Shown: piece by piece, positions 1-11,000 of the stretch | How positions within the stretch are numbered: the stretch's first letter is position 1 | How the letters are laid out: each line of letters begins with the position of its first letter | Source of the DNA: a virus | Taxonomy: Duplodnaviria; Caudoviricetes | Virus record (IMG/VR): IMGVR_UViG_3300009156_000033 | Coordinates: 1-56,658 of that record | Direction: 5' to 3' (one strand) | Length of the DNA: 56,658 nucleotides | Program-made: the position numbers and the translations under genes | Notes under the pieces: model-generated | Database searches by the model: none | What the model saw: only the letters and a program-made list of their open reading frames with translations | Told to the model about the DNA's origin: nothing

Positions 1-814
1 CGTCGTAGCTGATGCCGAAGTTACCGACCGCCGTGCTCATGCCGTACTTGAACAGTTCGCCGCCGCGGACGAAGTCGGTGAAGCGATACTTCTCCGTCAG
101 CGCCGGGTTGCCCTGCTCAAGCTGCCACGCCACGATCGGGTCGGTGATGAGCTTCATCATGCCCGCAGGCACGAACTTCGAGCGGAAGTAACCGTTGTAC
201 TGGAGCGGCGCCCACTGCCGTTGCAGGTAGGGGATCGTCAACTGGCTCGTCGGCACGTTGTCCGCCGATCCGAGGTCGATCTCGGTGCAATCCACGTTGA
301 ACGTGTCGCCGTCGATGGCCACGCTCGCGTTCGCGTCGCCCGCGATGTAGATGAAGTCCGCCTTCTGGAGCGAGTTGCGCCGAAAGAAGTCGCTCTTGTA
401 CATCTTCACGATGTCCTTGAGCCCTTCGACGATGCTCGACACCTGCTGCTCCGCGAGCGCCCGCGTGTTAATCTGGTCGAAGCACAGCGGCATCGTCTTG
501 ATGCGCTGCCTGCTGTAGGTGTAGCTCTTGCGGGTCGAACCCCAGCTCACAACCTTGCTCGCCGGATCGCACGCGTTATCCACGCACGTCTCGTCCTCGA
601 AGTTCACTTCCTCCCAGCACCCGGTCAGGTCCGGTGCGCCGACGTGCACCCGGTCCCATGTGTGCGACGTGCCGGTGCGCGGTTCCCATTGTTCCATCGT
701 CAACTGGCCAACCCACGCGTCGTCGGTGGGATACCAGTCCCGCTCAACGCGGGCATCCCAATGTGGCGTCCTATCAAACAAATAGTCATAAAAAGCTGCG
801 CAGTTCCAAGCCAT
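1..814 (-). CDS. Major capsid protein, N-terminal part (runs off window start)
   Basis: Open minus-strand frame from ATG at 814 (GAGG SD upstream): MAWNCAAFYDYLFDRTPHWD...GNFGISYD with no stop to position 1. It lies downstream of the scaffold-like gene and continues logically into 56194-56658. Missed by the ORF track because it has no stop in the window. Capsid identity is inferred from size and position. Confidence 0.7.
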   Translation of the reverse strand, partial: MAWNCAAFYDYLFDRTPHWDARVERDWYPTDDAWVGQLTMEQWEPRTGTSHTWDRVHVGAPDLTGCWEEVNFEDETCVDNACDPASKVVSWGSTRKSYTYSRQRIKTMPLCFDQINTRALAEQQVSSIVEGLKDIVKMYKSDFFRRNSLQKADFIYIAGDANASVAIDGDTFNVDCTEIDLGSADNVPTSQLTIPYLQRQWAPLQYNGYFRSKFVPAGMMKLITDPIVAWQLEQGNPALTEKYRFTDFVRGGELFKYGMSTAVGNFGISYD

Positions 815-1010
815 ATTGCCTCAAGCGGTTACGCGTGTGACGCGAACGTGTCGCGAAGTCACGCAAGGTATCGTTTGTGGGATGCCGTCTCCGCACCGTT
901 CGGTGCTTTAGCGGCTCAGGAAGAACCGCAGGCTTGGAAGTGTATCGGCGTTCCGTCCGTCTCGCCGACCGGGAGAGCTGCTTGGTCGGGCTTGCCGCCG
1001 CTTACGGCGA
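815..1010 (-). promoter_or_regulatory. Structured 5' leader of the capsid gene
   Basis: ~190 nt non-coding with several hairpins (833-864, 893-906, 965-989); a TTGACT lies upstream inside the end of the GIY-YIG gene. Confidence 0.4.
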
Positions 1011-1682
1011 CGGGGCTAAGGAAGCACCGTCTTGAGTAGAAGTCAAACGCTGACGCAGGCAACGCGCTTTGGCGGCGATGCTCATACGCCGGCGTACCTC
1101 GTCGGGTTTGGGGCGACCCGTAAGCGCTGCCGCTATTTTGGCCTTGTGCGCTGCGCTGAACTTCTTGCCGAGTTTCGCCGCGCGGCACTTAGCGATGTGC
1201 TCAGGTGACAGCTTCGTGCCTTTAAGATGCTTGCCTGCGGAAGCGCTCATTCGGGCGCGGGTTTCCGCTGACTTCTGCACGCCTTTGTGCAGACGGCTGA
1301 TTGCAGCGCGTCGCTCATCGGTGTAGCTCGCTTTAAGCGATGCGGACAGCTTTGCTCTCGCTTCCGGGGGCCACTCTTGCGCTCCGCCATCGCCTCCAGC
1401 GGTCGCGTTAACGACCTTCCACCCGAGGGCACGGTACCAGCGGATATACTCGCGCTCCCAGTACTCCCACTCGTCGAAGGGCACTTCCTTGAGCACTTCG
1501 AGCGCGGGTTCCATGCCCAGCTCGGCAAGCTGCCGCCACCAATGCGCCTTGTAATTGCGCTCACGCGGGAGCTTTCGCCGGTGCTCCCACAGGCGCGTGG
1601 GCGGGTCGTCCGCCTTACCGATGTACACGTGCGTGTCGCCGGGGCGCGGGTCGGTGAGGGCGTAGATGAAGGTCGTGGCGAT
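1002..1682 (-). CDS. GIY-YIG homing endonuclease with NUMOD3-like repeats
   Basis: FIYAL...VYIGKA, catalytic R (TRLWEH), E (EREYI) and N (VVNATAGGDG), followed by basic repeats such as KSAETRARMS and LSPEHIAK. No ATG; an in-frame ATC lies at 1682. Confidence 0.85.
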   Translation of the reverse strand: MATTFIYALTDPRPGDTHVYIGKADDPPTRLWEHRRKLPRERNYKAHWWRQLAELGMEPALEVLKEVPFDEWEYWEREYIRWYRALGWKVVNATAGGDGGAQEWPPEARAKLSASLKASYTDERRAAISRLHKGVQKSAETRARMSASAGKHLKGTKLSPEHIAKCRAAKLGKKFSAAHKAKIAAALTGRPKPDEVRRRMSIAAKARCLRQRLTSTQDGASLAPSP

Positions 1683-1688
1683 GCGCTG

Positions 1689-1717
1689 ATTGAAGCAGAA
1701 CGGCGCGAGGAAATCAA
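1689..1717 (-). promoter_or_regulatory. Sigma70-like promoter of the GIY-YIG gene
   Basis: TTGATT-17nt-TTCAAT; the -35 contains the TGA stop of the upstream gene. Confidence 0.5.
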
Positions 1718-2433
1718 GCCTGCACCGGCTTGGCGAACACGGTTTGCGTCTTGACGTATTCGTTGATGATGGACGGGTGCGGGGCGCGGAGGAAGGGCCA
1801 CTTGAGAGCTTCGGCGTTGAGCTTCTCGTCGCCGTCCTGGCGGGTCGTGGTGATGGCCGGCCATGCGTTCCACCAGCGCCCCTTGTAGATGACGTCGAAC
1901 TCCTCCTCGATCCAGAGTGGGTCGGGTTCGTCGTCCTCGACGAGGTTGGCGCGTTTGCGCTGGTGCAGGAAGCGGGCGGCACCGGCGCGTTTCCACGCGA
2001 GCGGCATACCCATGTGCCCGCCCCATGCGGAGCCGACGAGTTCTTCGGGCCGGGCAAGGAACTCGCGCAGGATAGCGTCAAAGTCCACGTTGCCGACCAG
2101 CACGTCGGTGTCGAGCGTGACGAGCAGGTCCCACGCGCCGTCGTTAAGGGCGTAAGCCATCGCGGCCGTAAGCGAGCAGGCGGCGTAGGCCCAGCGCCGC
2201 GCTTCGTAGGGCTTGGTGTAGGCCACGCCGCTGTTAACGATCGGGACGCGTAAGGGCAACGGCGACCACTTCGGCTCCGACCACGTGCCGCACGCGAGGA
2301 AGTAGCGTTCGGGACGGAAGTAGTATTCGACGCGGTCCATCGTCGCTTGGAGCGTCGGCCCGCGCTCGGTCGCCTCCTGCTCGGTGTTCCAGCAGGTCAT
2401 CGTGAAGGCCCAGATGCGTAGCGGCTCAGGCAT
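1714..2433 (-). CDS. Putative GT-A fold glycosyltransferase
   Basis: Hydrophobic strand plus DXD (LLVTLDTDVLV); start MPEPLRIWAF overlaps the upstream stop. Confidence 0.5.
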   Translation of the reverse strand: MPEPLRIWAFTMTCWNTEQEATERGPTLQATMDRVEYYFRPERYFLACGTWSEPKWSPLPLRVPIVNSGVAYTKPYEARRWAYAACSLTAAMAYALNDGAWDLLVTLDTDVLVGNVDFDAILREFLARPEELVGSAWGGHMGMPLAWKRAGAARFLHQRKRANLVEDDEPDPLWIEEEFDVIYKGRWWNAWPAITTTRQDGDEKLNAEALKWPFLRAPHPSIINEYVKTQTVFAKPVQA

Positions 2434-3295
2434 GGACGAGTTGATGGATGGTGAGCAGGTCGCGAAACGTCTGCTCGATCTCGGGCAGGCGGTCGAGCAC
2501 TTCGGAGTAGCCGATGGACAGGACGCAGTTGCCCTTGGGCACGCTGCCGCTTTGGCCGTCGTCGCGAACGAGCGCCACGTAGGGCATCGTGCTCGCGGCG
2601 GCAAGGTGCAGCGGCATCGTGTCGCAGGTAATCATGCCCGCAGCGATGTCCATGAGGGCGAGCTGGTCATGGGCACGCTCCGCACGCGCCTTGTTGAGGT
2701 TGACGACTTCGGCGGCGAACACGTCGAGCAGTTCGGTGATGAGACGGCGAACACGGTTGCGCACCGGGCTCGTCCACGAGTCGAGGTTGACGAGGAGGAG
2801 CGGACGACGACCGCGAACGTAACGGCGCAGGAGGGTCGCCTCACGCTTCGCGCTCCGATTGTCGAACGTGAGCGGCAACGTTGCGTAGTGACGCAGGAAC
2901 CCGGTGCGCTGCCACATGGTCAGCGAGTAGCTCGCGAGCGAGTCGGGATGCGGCGGCGACCAGCCATGGCCGTGTAACTGCGTCACGACAACGAAGGGGG
3001 ACAGCTTACTGGCGATGGCGGCGGCCTCGCGCACGCTGCGCCAGTCAATGTCCAAGAGGGTCGGCGCGATGTAGCTGGCACCTTCGAGGACGGTGCCGAA
3101 CTCGCGCGTGCTGACGACCTTGGTGGGCGTGCCGGTGTACTCGGCCCACGCCTGCCACGCGGGCATCAGGAGGATGAGGTCGCCGGTCCGGCCAAGCTGC
3201 ACGAACGCAGGCGGGTCGTTGAGGAGGTCGAGGTTCGACGGGACGCCGCTCGCGCCTTGAATCCACATCTCGTCCGGTTGCGGGACGCAAAGCAC
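2426..3295 (-). CDS. Putative GT-B (GT9/heptosyltransferase-like) glycosyltransferase
   Basis: N-terminal QLGRTGDLIL and C-terminal MITCDTMPLHLAAA, resembling the GT9 xGDxx and DSgpmHlAaA motifs. Confidence 0.65.
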   Translation of the reverse strand: MLCVPQPDEMWIQGASGVPSNLDLLNDPPAFVQLGRTGDLILLMPAWQAWAEYTGTPTKVVSTREFGTVLEGASYIAPTLLDIDWRSVREAAAIASKLSPFVVVTQLHGHGWSPPHPDSLASYSLTMWQRTGFLRHYATLPLTFDNRSAKREATLLRRYVRGRRPLLLVNLDSWTSPVRNRVRRLITELLDVFAAEVVNLNKARAERAHDQLALMDIAAGMITCDTMPLHLAAASTMPYVALVRDDGQSGSVPKGNCVLSIGYSEVLDRLPEIEQTFRDLLTIHQLVHA

Positions 3296-3298
3296 GCC

Positions 3299-4585
3299 TT
3301 ACGTCTCCATCTGGTAAGCGGCCATGTCGTCAGCGAGCGACGTGGGCTCGCCCACGGGTGCGGCGTCGGCCTTGGGCTTGGGCTTGCCCGGCGCGGAACC
3401 GCGAAGCTCCTCGATCTCGGCGTGTGCTTCCTTCAGTTCGGCCTGCGCCGCGAGCAGTTGCTTGCGCGTGATGCCGAATAGCGCGGCACGCTGCCGGACG
3501 CTGGCCTGCAAGCCGACCTTCTCGGCCATCGTCATGTTGCCGTTGGCGGCGAACATCCGGTCCACCGTGGCGTAGCTCTTGGTTAGCACGTCGCGCGTCT
3601 CGGCGTCGTCGGCGTCGATGCCCAGTTCCTTGAAGTACTTCGCCTGAAGGTCTTGGTTCGCACCGCGCCACATGCGCTCGCCTGCTTCGCGTTCCTGCGC
3701 CGTTCGAGCCTGCGTCTCCTTCTCCTGCTCGGCGCCGCGGGTGCGGTAGTCGGCGATGGCCTCGCGCATGTCGTCCTGCGCGGTGTGCAGCGCGTGGTAG
3801 TGGTTCATCACGAGCTGGGCGGAGTCGCCGAACCAGCGTTTCGCCGCCGCGTACGCCTTGCCCGTGGGCAGGTTGTAGAGCTCGATGAAGTCGTTCTCCG
3901 TGGCAGGGCGCACGCGGGTCTCGCCCGTCTCGTCCACGCCTTCGATGTATTCGAGCTGTTTGACGTCGTTGAAGGCGCGGGCTTCGGAGCGCTTGAACGG
4001 CGCGAGGTGCTTCGTCTTGAACTCGTCGCTCTCCTCGTAGGCTTTGAGGCGCAGGCGTCCTTCGTATTCGTCGATGCGCTTCTGCGCAGCGGCAAGCTGT
4101 TCGGCGAGCGGGCCGGTGTCCTTGCGTGCCGTCGAGGCGACGCCGTCCAGTTCGGCGACACGCGCCTCAAGCTCCGCGGCCCGCGCCTGCTCAGCCTTGA
4201 GCGTCTTCTTGTTCGCCTCGTAGGCGTGCTTGAGTTCGCGGTTCGTGCGGAACACGGGCTCGGGCGGGGCGTCGGCGGGTGCGGGCGTAGGCTTGTCCTT
4301 GTCCGCAGGCGCGGGTGGGGCATCGTCGGCCTTCGCGCTTGCCTTGTCCTTGGCCGGGGGCACGCCGGGCGGCTGCTTGTCAGGAACCTCCGGCGCGTTC
4401 TCCACGGCGTCAGGAATGCGGTCCTCATCCTCGAAGAAGTTGCTGCGTTCGCCGGCGCGTGGCGGCACCGCTGCCGGGGCAGGCGTGGGAGTAGCGCCCG
4501 CCGCCGGCTTTGGCGCGGGTGTCGGCGGTGCTGCGGGAGAAGGCTTGGGTGCTGCGGTTGGCGGTGCTGGCGGTGCTGCGGGCAT
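3299..4585 (-). CDS. Putative capsid scaffolding protein
   Basis: Pro/Ala-rich N-terminus and long coiled-coil, upstream of the capsid gene. Confidence 0.55.
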   Translation of the reverse strand: MPAAPPAPPTAAPKPSPAAPPTPAPKPAAGATPTPAPAAVPPRAGERSNFFEDEDRIPDAVENAPEVPDKQPPGVPPAKDKASAKADDAPPAPADKDKPTPAPADAPPEPVFRTNRELKHAYEANKKTLKAEQARAAELEARVAELDGVASTARKDTGPLAEQLAAAQKRIDEYEGRLRLKAYEESDEFKTKHLAPFKRSEARAFNDVKQLEYIEGVDETGETRVRPATENDFIELYNLPTGKAYAAAKRWFGDSAQLVMNHYHALHTAQDDMREAIADYRTRGAEQEKETQARTAQEREAGERMWRGANQDLQAKYFKELGIDADDAETRDVLTKSYATVDRMFAANGNMTMAEKVGLQASVRQRAALFGITRKQLLAAQAELKEAHAEIEELRGSAPGKPKPKADAAPVGEPTSLADDMAAYQMET

Positions 4586-4588
4586 AGG

Positions 4589-4873
4589 TCAGTCTTTCTT
4601 CGCGTTACGAGCCGCCACCTTGGCCTCGACGTTGTAGTCGAGCTGCGGCGGTCGCGACACGTTTATCGCTTCGACGGGTTCGGCGCAATTCATAAACGTC
4701 TGCAAGAACTTCTTCGCGCCCGCGAGCTGCTCGGCGGTGGCACCGTCCAGCGCCATCTTCGCGAAGCTGTACGCGGCCGCTTCGTGGAAGTTACGCTGCC
4801 GGACCTCGTCGCGCCATGTCCGCGCAAGTGCCTCGTCCTGGCGGAATAGCTCGGTGGGTTGCAGGGCGAGCAT
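4589..4873 (-). CDS. Hypothetical protein
   Basis: 94-aa ORF tightly packed in the operon. Confidence 0.6.
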   Translation of the reverse strand: MLALQPTELFRQDEALARTWRDEVRQRNFHEAAAYSFAKMALDGATAEQLAGAKKFLQTFMNCAEPVEAINVSRPPQLDYNVEAKVAARNAKKD

Positions 4874-4874
4874 G

Positions 4875-5024
4875 TCAGTACTTCGCGTTGCGCTTAGCGC
4901 GGCGTGCGTCGGCGCGGGCGAACTCGCGGCTGACGTTGGCGGGCGGGCATTTCTTGCGCATCTTCGACGGGTTGTGAGCGCATCCGGCCATGTAGCCGGC
5001 CATCTTTTTACTTGTGCTGGGCAT
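4875..5024 (-). CDS. Small basic phage protein (MPSxSKK..MA.xAHNP type)
   Basis: MPSTSKKMAGYMAGCAHNPSKMRKKCPPANVSREFARADARRAKRNAKY fills the gap exactly; resembles a common small protein of phage head modules. Confidence 0.6.
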   Translation of the reverse strand: MPSTSKKMAGYMAGCAHNPSKMRKKCPPANVSREFARADARRAKRNAKY

Positions 5025-5029
5025 AAGCG

Positions 5030-8000
5030 TTATGGGGCTGGGGGTTGCGACAGGCGCTCAGCTTCCTGCACGCGCACGCTCTTGAGCAGGCGCCGGCGCA
5101 GGCGCTCGTCGGGTTCGCGAATCCGCTGCTTGGCTGCGTTCTTGATCGTGTCCGAGTCGATGCCGTATTGAGCGGCGTCCTGCATGAGCTTGTCAAGCGT
5201 CACGCCGTCGCCCTTTTCGAGCGCGTCGAGTATCTGATTGACGAGGCGGGTGCGGTTCTTCTTCGCGATCTCGTTCACACGGCTCAGGAAGGCGCGGTCC
5301 ACTTCGCCGACCGCCATCGCGAGCGGCTTCGCGCCCAAAGCGAGCTTGGCCTTGTCCGCCGCCGTTGGCTTGTAGAGCGGGCGTCCCTGGTCGTCGGTCA
5401 TCCAGCCTTCGCGATTGCCGATGGCTTCGAGCATCTTGCCCCAGTAGGCGGCGGTCGGCGCGAGCTTCGCACCCCACTTGGCGACGTCGTTCAGGTCGCG
5501 GTCCTCGCCCTGCATCGCCGGACCGATGACGGTGTCCCACAACTTCCACGCATCGGACAGCGCCGGGCCCATCCAGTCGGACGCCGTCTTGGGCAGTTGC
5601 GGCGTCACGGCCGGGCCAACATCGACGCCGGCGTAGCCGGGCAGGCCGCGCGACGCCCTCGGCGCCTTGCGATTGAGCCAGTCCTCCAGCGCCCACAGTG
5701 CGCCGATGGCGCCGAGGAACGGCAACGAGCGCAGGAAGTAGATGAAGGCGCGCGGACCGCCCATCGCGAGGAACGCCGTGAGATAACGCACCCACTCGGT
5801 GCCGCGCAGCGATGCGACGAACTCCATCTCCTTGACGAGGTACGCCTTGAACTGGCCGATGAGCCGACCCGGCGGCGTGCGCAGGATGCGGGGCAGCGAC
5901 GCGAGCGTGTAGGTGAATTGGCCGGCGCGAACCGCGTTGCGTGCGAAGGCTTCGGCCTCCTCGCCGCGCAGGGCAAGCTCGCCCTCGGCGTAGCGATAGA
6001 ACGCCGCGAACGCCTCGGGCCGGTTCAGGCGCTCGGCGAACTGGAACATGGCGAGCGGGTGGTACCATGGCACTTCGCTGTGCCCGGCTTCGAGGAACGC
6101 CTGCGCGGTCGCTCCGACGAGGTCGGCGTTGCGGTGCCAGATGTCGCGGAACTCGGGCGAGTGCGCGAACCGTTTGCCCGCGATCCAGTAGCGTGCCCCG
6201 GTCTTCGTCCATGTATGTTGGATGCCGCCGAGCCGGTTGATGAGCGCCGTCGTCGGGCGCCAACCGAGCTTGAGCATCGCTATAATGGTGCGGACGTTGC
6301 CCACGCCGCGGCTGAAGGCGAAGGGCTTCGTGCCGAACGGCGCGAGGATGTAGTCAGCGATCTGGTCGGAGAGCGAGTAGCGCCCGCGCACGTCGTCGAT
6401 GAGCGCTTCGACCTGCTTCTGCGTGTTCGGTGCCAAGTTGGCAAGGTCGATGCGGGCCTGCTTCAGCACCGGGTCGAGCGCGAGCTTCTTGCGCACGCTG
6501 TAGGCGTAGGCGGGCAGCGCGTCGAAGATGTCGTCCTCGCCCTTGAGGATGTTGCGCCGGTGCTGCATCGGTCCGGCGAACTTCGACGCTGGCTTGATGA
6601 CGACCACGGGCGAGCCTTCGGCGCGGAGCATACGCTGGATTTCGCGCACGTCGGTCCCGAGCGCTGCGGCGGCTCGCTGCGCCATGCGGAAGTATTGACC
6701 GCGCGTGAGCTTCGTCGGGAAAGCGGCGCTGGACGCGAACTCGTCGGTGATGGTGAGGCGCGTGACGCTCGGGTTCTCGCGGGCGTAGCGGAGCGCCTTC
6801 TCCTTCGCGGCGACGCGGGTTTCGGCGATGGCGACTGTCGTGCCGTCCGGCGTCACGACCCGGTAGGAGCCGCGCTCGATGTTCGTGATGTAATCGTCGA
6901 TGCCCCAGTGCTCAAGCTCCTCAAGCTCGCGCAAGGCTTGGCGGACGGCGTCCTGTCCCGGTCCGCGCAGGCGGTGGGCGCGGAACGCGTCGGCCTCGTC
7001 CATGCCGCCGAGGATGTCGTGCACCGCTGCGGCGCGTGCCTCGGGCAACGACTCGATGAGGTCGCGCTGCTTGGCGTCGATAATGGCGCGGCGCACCTCG
7101 TCGAAGTAACGACGTATCTCCTGCGCAACGGCGCGCTCGTGCTCAGGCAGTGCATTGAGCGCCGAGTCGTCCCCCGCCATGTTGGCGCGGAGCGCCGTCG
7201 TGATGCGCACGCGTGCTTCGCGGTTAAGCCCACGGCGCAGCGTTCGGAAGTGGTCGGTGTCGCGCGTCACCTGCCCTTGGTAAGCAAGCTCGGCTTCGAC
7301 GAGGCGCGTCACAAGCGGCCCGGCGACGGGGTCGTTGCGGAACTCGAACTCGGGCGACGCGATCCAGTCGCGACCCGGCATCACGTCCTGGCGGCGTATA
7401 GCATCGACGATGTCCGCTTCGCCGCCGAGTTCGACGTCGGCTTCAGGCGGACCGCCGGGCGGTGGCGTGGGCACATCGGGCGACGGCGGGACGGGGGTGC
7501 CTTCGCGGTTCAGGCGACGCTGACGGCGCACGTCCTCGACGGTGGGCATCTCCGATTGTTCGCCCAAGCCCTGCGCTTCAGACCGGCGCGAGAAGAACGA
7601 ACGCACCCCGCTCGGTCCGCCACCCGTCGCACCTTGGTTGGCGTCCGACACCTTCTGGACGGTGTTCGGGTCGCTGACGCCGCGTCGCGGCACGGCACGG
7701 AACCGAGCCTGTAGCAACTCCTGCATACGCTCGGCGGCGGCCTGCACCTGCGAGGCGTCGAACCGCGCCACCATGCGGTTGCCGGTCTTGACGAACTCTC
7801 CGACGATGTTGCGCAGGTCGCGGTCCAGAAACACGCGCCCGCCCGTCGAACGCGCCGCCGGGACGCTGATGATGTAGCCCTGCTGACCGCGTCCCATGCG
7901 GTGAATGCCCTTGGCCTCGACGACGTAGTCGCTGCCGTGCGAGGCGAGGAAGCTCGCCACGGCGCGCCCGCTGACGAGGTCGAAGCGCGGGTCGTGGGCG

Positions 8001-11000
8001 AGATTGGCCGGCGTCCAGTTGCGAGGCATGAGCAGGCCTGTGACGACGTCGCCGGACTGCGACTTGAACCGGACCATCTTGCCTTGGCCGCCAGTCGCGG
8101 TGAAGCCTTGGATGGGGTTGCCCGTGACGAAGTAGCGATTGGCGCGCTGGCCGGCGCGACCCGCGGTCAGGTCGGCGGGGCCCTTGTCGCTGTAATCGAG
8201 CGCCCATTTGCCATGCGCGAGGTCGGCGCCGGTGAGGTGAATTGTGCCCTCGGGCGCATTGACGCCGAAGCGCAGGCGGAACGCGGACGGCGCGACGTTC
8301 ATGCCTTTGGGGAACGTGACGTCGGTCAGCATCCCCTCGTAGGAGTCGCCGGTCTCGGTGTTGGACAGTTCGACGACGTCGCCGGTGCGCGAAAGGATGT
8401 CGGCGAGGCGATCTTGGGTGCCGTGCCAGCGGGCGCGCATCTCACGCAGGCTCATGCGCTGGAGTTCGAGCTTGGTGCGGTCTGCGTCCGTCGCCTTCGA
8501 CAACTTGTCGGCGAGGTCCGCCTCGCGCTTGTCGAAGGACGCTTCGGTGCGCTCCACGAACTTGCGCCAATCCTCGTTCACCTTCGCCTTCGACCCAAGC
8601 CGCCGCTTGAAGTCCGCCTCGATCTCTGCGCCCGTTGGCACGTGCCGGTTGTCGGCGATCTCCCATTGCTGCACGCGCAGGCCAGCGGTGAAGATGTTCG
8701 ACGGGTCGGTGCCTGCGGCGAGTTCCTCGTCGCTCCGTAGCTGCGCGTTCCAATCATCGTGCACGACGATCTCAAGGTCGTAGTCGCCGGTGCTCTTAAG
8801 CTGCTCGATAAGCTGGCGGTAGGCGGGCAGGATTTCGGCGTAGGCGGCCGCCTGATCGGCGTCGGGCAGGAGCGCTTGGCGCCCAGTGAACTTGCGCGCG
8901 ATGTCCTGCTTGACCTCAATGGAGCCGTCCGGGTTGTAGTCGATGCCGAGCCCGAGCAGGCGTTGCACTTCGGGGTTGGCGCCGAGGTACTCGCTCACGA
9001 CGAGGTCGCCGTAGCGGTTGTAGATGTCCTCGGCGTCGATCTTCACGGTGCCGGCGGCTTCGGCGGTCGTGTTCGCGTTGAGCGACTTCATCTTGCGCGA
9101 CGCCATCGCGGCGGGACGCAGCTCGGCCTGCAACGGCAGCACCATGTAGGTGTACTTGGCGCCGTACTTCGAGCCGTCCGGGTTGGTGCCCTCGGACACC
9201 ATGCCGGTGCGTTTGATGCGCCCGAGCGTTTGGACGAAGACGTTGATATCAGCGGCGGCTTGCCCGATTTGCATGTGTCGCGGGCGCTTGTCGCGGAACT
9301 TCACGCTCGCGTGCGCCGACAAGCCCGTCGAGCCGCTCGCGTTGAGCAGCATTCCCTCCACGTCGCCATTGTTAAACCCGTTGACGACGCGGTTCTTGTT
9401 CGCGCGCGGGAACACTCGGTAGATGCCCTCGCCGGTCTCGAAGTTGCGGTACTCGATGCCGCTGGTGCGACCCGTCAGCTCCGACATGCGCACGCCGGCC
9501 TTGGCGAGCTTCTGCACGATGTAGTCGATCGGGCTGATGGGGAAGCGCGACTCGACGGCGTCGGCGAGCGACTGTATCTGGCGGTAGTAGTCGCCCAAGC
9601 CGAACTCGTCCGGGTCAACCTTGTAGATGCGCGTGTCGCCGTTGGGCAGCTTCTCCGTGACGCGCAGGGTGCGTTCGAGGGCGAACTTGAGCAGTTCGTT
9701 CCACCGTAGCTTGATCTCCTGCCCGGGCCGTATGCCATTGTCGGCGACGTAGTGGTCGAGAAACGACTCCATCGTGTTGCTGACCGAGACGAGCGGCTTC
9801 TCGCCCTTCTTCACTGCGGCGATGGCGTCGGCGACGATGTGGTCGGCCTTCGCGGCGAGCAAGAGCTGGCTGATTTGGTTGTGCACGACGGAGGCGAAGT
9901 CCGTCATGTCGATCTGTGTCTGCGTCTGCGCCGTGGAGCCTTGCACGCGCGTCTTCATCGCGGCGCTGAACCGCACGATTTCGCCGAGCACGTCCGTCAC
10001 CGCGTCAATGTCCTCAACGAGCTTGGCCGGGTCGGCGATGGGCGGTTGCTTGACCTCGAAGCTGACGCCGGTGAAGTCGCGTTCGCGCCGGATGTACTGA
10101 CCTGCCTTGGCGAGCGCTTCGCTAACGGCCTGCTGGAGAGCGACGCCGCCGCGCTTCATCGCATCGACGACCTGCGCGAAGGATTGCGCCGACCGCCCAA
10201 GCGCAGTGCGGAAGTACACGGGCATGTTCTCCGGGCGCTTCGCGAACGTGGCGCTCATGTAAAGGACGCCGCCTTGACCGGGGAGCGTGCCCGCGCGTCG
10301 CAGGAGGCCGGGCACGGCGATGGTCGTGCGGTTCGCGCCACTCCCACGCTGCACCTGTCCGCCGCTGATGAACGCTGCCTGCATGGAGTCGGTCGCGTTC
10401 CCGGCCGCTTCGTGCGCCTCGTCTAAGATGACGATGGTCGGGTTGGCTTCGGCGATCCGCTCAAGGAACTCCTGCCGCGCATTGCGCATGTTGACCTGCG
10501 AGTAGGTCGCGAAGATGGCGTTGTAACCTGCGGCGGCGAGACCGCGCTCAGTCACCTCCTGCATGGCGCGGGCTTGGACGCCCGGACCGGGCGCTCGGTG
10601 CACGACGCGCCCCTGCGCATCGACGATGCTCGCCTTGCCCGGGTCGCCGAAGATGAGCGGGCGCACCTCCGTGTGGATGTCGAGCAGGTCGCCGTACATG
10701 TCCGTGAACAGCTTCGGGTCCTTCGTGAAGAACACGGGCACCTTGCCGTTGAGGATGGCGTAGCGAATGAGCGCCGCACCCTGCCGCCCTTTGCCGATGC
10801 CGGTTTCGTCGCCGATGATGAGCGCTTCGCCGCCGGTCTCGATCTGGTCGATAGCGAGCGCGACGCCGTCGATCTGTTCGGCTGCCATGACGTTGCGCAG
10901 CTCGTCCACCTCCATGTTGAGGCGATCGGCGACGAACTCGTCGATGGGACCGACGCGGGCGACGAGCTTGTCGAGCGCAGCGTGCACGCCGCCAGCGATG

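Noticed and set aside
1683-2081. N-terminal extension of the GIY-YIG ORF to 359 aa
   Set aside because: It overlaps the glycosyltransferase-like gene in another frame and has low-complexity shadow composition.
5045-7714. 889-aa plus-strand ORF (also 22146-24032 minus, 27981-29969 minus and similar)
   Set aside because: Antisense shadows of GC3-rich genes; no motifs.
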